A stretch of 32,000 nt of DNA from Acaryochloris marina MBIC11017 (GTDB lineage: Bacteria; Cyanobacteriota; Cyanobacteriia; Thermosynechococcales; Thermosynechococcaceae), in assembly GCF_000018105.1 (NCBI RefSeq), contig NC_009925.1, positions 3,120,001 to 3,152,000 on the forward strand, in the 5' to 3' direction. Of this stretch, positions 26,381 through 32,000 are shown one piece after another; the stretch's first letter is position 1; each line of letters starts with the position of its first letter. Below the pieces are notes generated by a model. That model was given only the letters and a program-made list of their open reading frames with translations, had not been told where the DNA came from and made no database searches. The position numbers and the translations under genes are program-made.

Positions 26381-27496
26381 TTAAAGCTGCAGAAAATCTT
26401 GAATAGCGGTGATGATCCGTTGGGACGCTTGTCCATCTCCAAAGGGGTTAATGGCTTTGGCCATATCGTTGTAAGCCTCTTCATTTTCTAAGAGCAGGCT
26501 AGCTTCGGCCAAGATTTTTTGGGTACTGGTGCCGATCAGCTTGGCGGTACCGGCTGTCACGGCTTCAGGTCTTTCGGTGGTTTCTCTTAAGACTAAGACA
26601 GGTTTACCAAGACTGGGAGCTTCTTCTTGCAACCCTCCAGAGTCTGTCAGTAACAGATGACATCGCTGAATAGCACCGACTAAATCAGTATAGTCCAGAG
26701 GCTCAGTTAAGAAAATGCGCGGATGGTTCCCCAAGATTGCCGTTAAGGGCTCTCTAACGGTTGGGTTACGGTGGAGCGGCAGAATTAGTGCGGTATCAGG
26801 AAATTTGTCTAGAACTTGGAGGAACCCCTGGGCAATATCCTGTAAGGGGGCGCCCCAGTTTTCTCGACGATGAACGGTTGCCAGAATGGTTCGATACTGG
26901 CTCCAGTCTAAATTGGGAATATTGCAGGAGGGGTGTTTGTCCGCGACGGTCAGTAGGGCATCAATAACGGTGTTGCCAGTGTGGTGAATCGTTCCTGTAA
27001 CTCCGGAAGCTTTTAAGTTTTCTACAGCTTTAGTGGTAGGTGCAAAGTGGAGTTGGGTGATTTGAGAGATTAAGCGCCGGTTAGCTTCTTCTGGATAAGG
27101 GTTGTAGATATTATCAGTGCGTAAGCCTGCTTCAACATGGCCGACAGGAATTTGTTGATAAAAGGCGGCTAGGCCTGCAGCAAAGGCAGTTGTTGTGTCT
27201 CCCTGTACTAGAACCGCTTTGGGGTGTAGTTCTTGTAAAAGGGTCTGTAGTCCTTGCAAACTCCGACAAGTGATGTCAGCTAAAGTTTGTTTGGCTTGCA
27301 TGATATCTAAGTTATGGTCAGCTTCGAGATCGAAGATTTGCATCACTTGGTCGACCATTTCTTTATGTTGTCCCGTTAATAAGACTTGAGTGGCGAATCG
27401 AGCATCAGCCCGAAAGGCTTGAATGACGGGGGCAAGTTTAATGGCTTCTGGACGCGTCCCTAAGACGATACAGATCGGAAGGGGAGAATTTGGCAT
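26381..27496 (-). CDS. wecB: UDP-N-acetylglucosamine 2-epimerase (non-hydrolysing)
   Basis: 371 aa. GTRPEAIKLAPV N-terminus, HVEAGLRT, and LTDSGGLQEEAPSLGKPVLVLRETTERPE. Confidence 0.93.
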   Translation of the reverse strand: MPNSPLPICIVLGTRPEAIKLAPVIQAFRADARFATQVLLTGQHKEMVDQVMQIFDLEADHNLDIMQAKQTLADITCRSLQGLQTLLQELHPKAVLVQGDTTTAFAAGLAAFYQQIPVGHVEAGLRTDNIYNPYPEEANRRLISQITQLHFAPTTKAVENLKASGVTGTIHHTGNTVIDALLTVADKHPSCNIPNLDWSQYRTILATVHRRENWGAPLQDIAQGFLQVLDKFPDTALILPLHRNPTVREPLTAILGNHPRIFLTEPLDYTDLVGAIQRCHLLLTDSGGLQEEAPSLGKPVLVLRETTERPEAVTAGTAKLIGTSTQKILAEASLLLENEEAYNDMAKAINPFGDGQASQRIITAIQDFLQL

Positions 27497-27531
27497 GCTG
27501 ACGCTAGAAATGCATAAAGACCATACTACTG

Positions 27532-27551
27532 AAAAACCCGGTTAAACCGGG
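27532..27551 (-). terminator. Weak hairpin plus T-run (minus strand) just upstream of wecB
   Basis: CCCGGT/ACCGGG 6-bp stem (27537-27551) with a 3-nt loop. The plus-strand A5 at 27532-27536 gives a T-run after the stem on the minus strand. Confidence 0.4.
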
Positions 27552-27582
27552 CTCAAGCTTCAAGATAACTCATGTTTATCGT

Positions 27583-27624
27583 AAAAGAGAGGCGCAGTGA
27601 TCAATTACACTGCGCCTCTCTTTT
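27583..27624. terminator. Strong bidirectional intrinsic terminator
   Basis: Perfect 17-nt arms AAAAGAGAGGCGCAGTG (27583-27599) and CACTGCGCCTCTCTTTT (27608-27624) with an 8-nt loop. The GC-rich 13-bp core has a U-tract on either strand. Lies 30 nt downstream of the stop of the minus-strand gene 27655..28026. Confidence 0.82.
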
Positions 27625-27654
27625 GAATATTTTATTTTTTAGAAGATGTCGAAA

Positions 27655-28026
27655 CTAGTTGCGATCGCAAGTCAACGGACAAGCAGCATAGATGGTGCTG
27701 CTGATGGGGTTAGCTTTGCCATTGAGCCAGCGTAACCAGCGAACTTCATGGGGGTGAATGCCTTTGAAGGTCAGCATTGCAGCACCTACCATAATCGCTA
27801 GAGCGTTAGCAGCTAAAATGCCACCTGCTACTAAGGCAACAGCGCTCATCGGTAGCACTGCCTGAAGTGCAACAGCGGTTAATGCTCCGCCAGTAGCCAT
27901 CAAGACAACGAGTGGAAAACCCACCACGAGCCAACAAACGGTCAATGTGAATGTCCAGATCAAAAAACTCTTAGCAATAAACACAAAGCTATGTTGCTTT
28001 AAGTGAGAAGCTTCAGCCAATGTCAT
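27655..28026 (-). CDS. Small hypothetical membrane protein (about 3 TM helices)
   Basis: 123-aa ORF with ATG start. Long Ala/Leu/Val/Gly-rich hydrophobic segments. Followed by a strong terminator. Confidence 0.55.
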   Translation of the reverse strand: MTLAEASHLKQHSFVFIAKSFLIWTFTLTVCWLVVGFPLVVLMATGGALTAVALQAVLPMSAVALVAGGILAANALAIMVGAAMLTFKGIHPHEVRWLRWLNGKANPISSTIYAACPLTCDRN

Positions 28027-28972
28027 TTTTAATTCCTCCCGCCAACCAACAGCGACTAAAAAATATATGTCGTCAAAGTCTTAATTCAAGTTTTTTTAGT
28101 ATAAAGAATGAAAGTATCAAAACCGGTTGATTGTTCAACATTATTTACATTAGGGCAAAAATGTTAAGATAATATTAATCTCTAATATTCTGAAATCTTA
28201 CGCTAATCGACATATTTTTGAATCCTTGAAATCCTTTCTGGGATTAGGTTTTATCTAATTTTATAGGTTTGAATTAAGACAAGATAAGTTGATGTATGCA
28301 GGCTCCTCCATTGATCCCCATCATTAACTTAGTTTATATATCCCCCTCTTTCTCTCAGGTTTATCCTATGAATTCCTGGTATTACTGGCTTCAAGCAACA
28401 AGATTTTTGGCCTTCTGAATCCCGCTCGACGTCTAGGCGCACCCTCAAAGACCGAAAACTCGTGGGAATGGAGGATGTTTATATTTAGGCCGAAAAAAGA
28501 TAGCGTGAGTATTAATACATGGGTATAAATAACTACTAACCCATCAAGAATTTTTGAATATTATGACTAGTTGTCTAAATGACTATCGTTGATTAGCTAG
28601 CGTTATGAATCCTTGGTGACGGGGTAACACCGTTATGTTCCTGTATAGAACGTGTAAGACAGCTATCCCGCTGTCGATCCTATGTTTGCTGTATGGCAAT
28701 TGGGACAATTAGCTACTTTTATATAGAAGAAGGGGAGTCATAGGCGCTGCTTTATGATGATGGAGTCTTCTCTGGCCTCACGATATTCAGTCAGTGATTG
28801 AGACGTACGTCTTGGTAATTCCAGGCAAAACGTTAAATTTTTAGCGTTGATGGTGAACACTCTTTAACAAACCATCAGTTGCAAATTAAGTAAGATTGCC
28901 CCTTTTGGCTTCATCGTTGAGCACTGAAGAGTATTCAAACCAGTATGTCCATCGCTTGAGATAAGTATTGCT

Positions 28973-30328
28973 ATGACAGATTACCAGCGTCCACCCTTTC
29001 CACCCCCACCCGCACCTTTACCAGCGGTTCCCCCTCCTCCTCATCGTGATCAACGCTCGGAAGGAGACGCGATGGAAACCGAAATGATTGCCACCCCTAC
29101 GAAAGTGGTGCCGACAAAAGTGGTGAGCGCACCCCCCCCTCAAGCAGCTGAGGAACCCACTGCTTTTCCTCAAACTCAACCCTATGCTGGATATGGGCAA
29201 ACTGAGGTTGATAATGGTGAGCCGACTCAATCGACATTACAAATGCGAGGTCGACCTCCGGGAACTGGCGTGACCTTGGAACAACTGGTTCGTGAAGCCT
29301 TTGAGAATAACTTTTCGGATATTCACTTAGGCGTGGGTGAAGTCCCTCGCTTTCGAGATCGCGGTCGCCTAGAAATGTCTCGTCATCCTGTTACAGATGA
29401 CACGACCTTCGAATATTGGTTGGAAGAAATTTTAACGCCTGAAGAAATCCAGCGGTTTCATGCTGAGCAGGAATACGATGGTGCCACTCAATACGATGGC
29501 ATGGCTCGGGTTCGAATCAATATTTTTGTCAGTCTAAAAGGGCCATCGATGGTCATGCGATTGATTCCTTTAAAGATTTTGACCTTAGAAGATCTCAATC
29601 TCCCCCTCGTGTTTCAGGATTTGTGTCACTACCACAAGGGTTTAATTCTGGTAACGGGACCCACCGGATCGGGTAAATCCACGACGATGGCAGCCATGGT
29701 TGATTACATCAACACAGAAATGCCGAAACATATTATCTCCATTGAAGATCCGATTGAATTCGTCCATCAAAGTCGCAAAGCGATGATTCGCCAGCGGGAA
29801 GTGGGAATTCATACCAAGAAATTTGATAACGCCCTAAAAGCGTCCTTGCGTGAGGACCCGGATGTCATTCTGATTGGGGAAATGCGAGATCGTGAAACGG
29901 TGAATACAGCCTTAAAAGCAGCCCAGACCGGTCACTTGGTGTTTGGAACCCTGCACACCAACAGTGCAGTGAAAACGATTGAGAGAATTCTCAACCTGTA
30001 TAAGCCAGAAGAACAAGAACCCATGCGGGTCCAAGTGGCTGAATCCTTGGTGGCGGTGATTGCCCAATCTCTCGTACGAACCACCGATGGCAAACGAGCG
30101 GCGATTCATGAAATCATGATTAACACCGATGCCATTAAGGACTACATCCTACGCGGTGATGTAGAAGAAGTCGAGGCGATGATTCCACAATGTAGTTATG
30201 ACGGCATGATTACGATGAATCAGTGTCTGCATAATCTCTACGAGGAAGGCCGCATTGATGAAGAAACGGCTCTGGAAATGTCTCCCAAGCCGAATGAAAT
30301 GGCTCAAATCCTAAGAGGACGTATCTAG
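28973..30328 (+). CDS. pilT: PilT-family type IV pilus retraction ATPase (PilT2-like) with Pro-rich N-terminal extension
   Basis: Walker A GPTGSGKSTT, Asp box EDPIEF, Walker B DPDVILIGEMRD, His box GHLVFGTLHT. The PilT-type N-terminal domain begins about aa 100 (LEQLVREAFENNFSDIHL). Residues 1 to about 98 are low-complexity and proline-rich. Confidence 0.9.
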   Translation: MTDYQRPPFPPPPAPLPAVPPPPHRDQRSEGDAMETEMIATPTKVVPTKVVSAPPPQAAEEPTAFPQTQPYAGYGQTEVDNGEPTQSTLQMRGRPPGTGVTLEQLVREAFENNFSDIHLGVGEVPRFRDRGRLEMSRHPVTDDTTFEYWLEEILTPEEIQRFHAEQEYDGATQYDGMARVRINIFVSLKGPSMVMRLIPLKILTLEDLNLPLVFQDLCHYHKGLILVTGPTGSGKSTTMAAMVDYINTEMPKHIISIEDPIEFVHQSRKAMIRQREVGIHTKKFDNALKASLREDPDVILIGEMRDRETVNTALKAAQTGHLVFGTLHTNSAVKTIERILNLYKPEEQEPMRVQVAESLVAVIAQSLVRTTDGKRAAIHEIMINTDAIKDYILRGDVEEVEAMIPQCSYDGMITMNQCLHNLYEEGRIDEETALEMSPKPNEMAQILRGRI

Positions 30329-30390
30329 CCAGCATTGGAGAGGTTTGTTATAAGGTATCTGATAGGTCTCTGGTCTAACATGGACTGCTT

Positions 30391-31209
30391 GTGACTACTT
30401 TGCGATCGCAACCTCTCCCCTTTCTATATAAAGGTCTCGCCCTGTTTACACCGGGGGGAGACCTCATTTATTGTGTCGATCCCAGCAAACAAGGCCATTG
30501 GCATTTCCAGCTTTGTCAGGCCTTGCAAACGTTGCTGCATTTGCCAGAACCGCCCCTCTTTCTTGTTCCCTGCTATACGGCAACCTTAGATCGGTGGTTA
30601 CATCCTCATACTCAACAGCTGCAAGTTTCAGCTGAAGCCTATCCTCTTGTGTGGCGATATCGCAGTTTGCTTAATGTGCTCTTTGGGTTGTCGGCAGAGC
30701 ATTGGCATATGATATCGACCCCAGTGGAAACCTGTGATGCAGCCGTTCTCAATAGCTATAAACAGCAGTTTCCACAGCTGTGGAAAAATCATAATTTAGT
30801 GATTCGGTTAGATCAGGTTTCAATGAGTGCTAGTCCTAACGTTGATGCTCTGGATCCTGAACAGATAGATCCAGTTAAACCAATGAATCCTGTGGAGACT
30901 TTACAGGTTAGCGCATCGGAGGCGGATGTGTCTCAAGGCTATGTTTTGCGCCTATTTGTCGCTAGCCAGAATACCCGCACGAAAAGTATTTTAGAAAATC
31001 TACATCAGCTCCTCGATCAAGTGTTAGATGTCCCCTATACCTTGAAAGTGATTGATGTAGTGAAACACCCTGAGCGCGCAGAAGCGGATCAAATTTCAGC
31101 GACTCCCACTTTGGTTAAAGTTTGGCCACAGCCAGTACGAAGACTGGTGGGTGATCAATTAGAAACGGATAATGTGTTGCAATTGCTGGATGCTATAGAA
31201 ACCCGCTAG
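30391..31209 (+). CDS. Long KaiB-domain protein (unknown N-terminal domain + C-terminal KaiB/thioredoxin-like domain)
   Basis: Residues about 184-268 (nt 30940-31194) read YVLRLFVASQNTRTKSILENLHQLLDQVLDVPYTLKVIDVVKHPERAEADQISATPTLVKVWPQPVRRLVGD. This aligns by eye with the KaiB consensus (YVLKLYVAG...LKVIDVL..P.LAE...I.ATPTL.K..P.PVR...GD). GTG start at 30391 is the first start codon after an in-frame stop at 30376. Confidence 0.8.
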   Translation: MTTLRSQPLPFLYKGLALFTPGGDLIYCVDPSKQGHWHFQLCQALQTLLHLPEPPLFLVPCYTATLDRWLHPHTQQLQVSAEAYPLVWRYRSLLNVLFGLSAEHWHMISTPVETCDAAVLNSYKQQFPQLWKNHNLVIRLDQVSMSASPNVDALDPEQIDPVKPMNPVETLQVSASEADVSQGYVLRLFVASQNTRTKSILENLHQLLDQVLDVPYTLKVIDVVKHPERAEADQISATPTLVKVWPQPVRRLVGDQLETDNVLQLLDAIETR

Positions 31210-31405
31210 AAAAACTGATTTGTGGATGGTGTTTCAAGAAGATTAAATCCCTGAAATCTAGAGATAAGTCATTCCCTACAAATATAGGGATTTTTGAAGA
31301 ATTCAAATTTGTAGATTTATTGGATTCAAATAGTCTACAAATACGCTTTATTCACAATGGGTCTTCTGATACACTGGCTCGGCAGGGATAGGGATTCGCG
31401 CAGCT

Positions 31406-32000
31406 GTGACCTTGGATTGGATCTTTTTTGATTGCTTTAATACCCTCATTGATGATTTTGATCAAACGGGGGAAGAACTAGCCCTTCTTCCTGTCTATTC
31501 GCTGCCTGCTGAGGTCGGCTTATATACGTCTGCAGCTGAATTTCGACAACATTATCATGCTTGGCGAAATCGCCAATGGCAGTCTGAACATCGTGAAATC
31601 GAGATGGGCGATCGCTACCAGGCTGTACTACAAGAAAAAGTACCATCCATGTCTTTGGCAGAGCTGGGAAAAATAACGACAGAAATGGTTGCTCGGTTTC
31701 AAGCTTGTTATCAACAGTCGTTGCGTTTACCAGATGGTGTTAAAGACATGCTGGAATTTTGGCATGGGCGGGTACGGCTGGGTGTGGTTTCCAACTTTTA
31801 TATTCAAGGTTGGCCCACGGAGCTGCTAGAGAGTTTTGGATTACGGTCTTATTTCGATTTTGTGGTGGATAGTGCAGCCTGTGGTTGGCGTAAACCGGGA
31901 CCCCATATCTATGAACTGGCCTGCGATGTCGCAAAAGTCTCTCCAGTGGATCGCCACAAGATTTTGTTTGTAGGTGATCATCTCTTGAATGATGTGTTGG
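31406..32000 (+). CDS. HAD-superfamily hydrolase (haloacid-dehalogenase-like), 3'-truncated by the window end
   Basis: Absent from the ORF track because there is no stop within the window. Manual translation of the frame open from 31370 gives (V)TLDWIFFDCFNTLIDDF (motif I), GVVSNF (motif II) and KILFVGDHLLNDV (motif IV). Start is GTG 31406 or TTG 31412. It displaces two antisense ORF-track entries. Confidence 0.75.
   Translation, partial: MTLDWIFFDCFNTLIDDFDQTGEELALLPVYSLPAEVGLYTSAAEFRQHYHAWRNRQWQSEHREIEMGDRYQAVLQEKVPSMSLAELGKITTEMVARFQACYQQSLRLPDGVKDMLEFWHGRVRLGVVSNFYIQGWPTELLESFGLRSYFDFVVDSAACGWRKPGPHIYELACDVAKVSPVDRHKILFVGDHLLNDVL

Noticed and set aside
28027-28972. Possibility that the long AT-rich gap holds a known structured RNA (RNase P RNA, tmRNA, 6S, SRP RNA, riboswitch) or a transposase remnant
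   Set aside because: I could not find the hallmark strings, such as a GAGGAAAGTCC-type P4 element, a tRNA-like 3' end or GEMM-like helices, or any extended reading frame. The region stays unexplained rather than annotated.
29508-29518. GGGTTCGAATC, a tRNA T-arm-like string
   Set aside because: It lies inside the PilT coding frame (ARVRINIF) with no acceptor, D or anticodon arms around it, so it is not a tRNA. I saw no tRNA-like cloverleaf in any intergenic region.
31446-31934. Two minus-strand ORFs (31446-31646 and 31740-31934)
   Set aside because: The plus-strand frame across the same DNA encodes clear HAD motifs I, II and IV and stays open to the window edge. The minus-strand ORFs are antisense shadows.
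1-32000. Search for CRISPR arrays, transposases, integrases, phage genes, restriction-modification or known defence-system signatures
   Set aside because: No regularly spaced repeats, no DDE, tyrosine or serine recombinase motifs, and no nuclease/helicase/methylase sets were recognised. The window looks like core chromosome around the origin rather than a mobile or defence island.

Overview
This is a cyanobacterial chromosomal segment. The 8-mer palindrome HIP1 (GCGATCGC) occurs 13 times in 32 kb, and gene content matches (slr1469-1472-like rnpA/PH/yidC/jag operon, DUF3386, KaiB-like domain, PilT2-like ATPase). The window is centred on the predicted replication origin. rpmH-rnpA-(PH-domain)-yidC-jag on the minus strand diverges from dnaA, followed by a cluster of nine DnaA boxes (oriC, about 5785-5979) and dnaN. 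To the right lie mostly housekeeping and accessory-metabolism genes:
- a two-domain beta-helix lipoprotein plus a GT2 glycosyltransferase
- an orphan NarL-type response regulator
- a tight minus-strand block of folate/biopterin-family transporter, carotenoid-cleavage oxygenase and LMW tyrosine phosphatase
- an SDR
- three family-less hypotheticals
- a 2Fe-2S ferredoxin plus a class-3 aldehyde dehydrogenase
- a macro-domain protein plus a lipoprotein directly downstream of gyrA
- DUF3386, wecB and a small membrane protein
- a 946-bp AT-rich non-coding gap
- a PilT2-like ATPase followed by a long KaiB-domain protein
- a 3'-truncated HAD hydrolase

I found no CRISPR array, tRNA/rRNA, transposase or integrase, and no recognisable defence system. 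Nothing here is strong evidence for a wholly new system. The best leads are the PilT2-like/long-KaiB-like gene pair with its unusually long AT-rich upstream region, perfect DnaA boxes outside oriC (one inside an 18-bp palindrome in the KaiB-like gene), a dispersed apocarotenoid-type enzyme neighbourhood, and a chain of small ORFs with ATGA overlaps divergent from gyrA. All functional calls come from motif recognition by eye; no database search was run.
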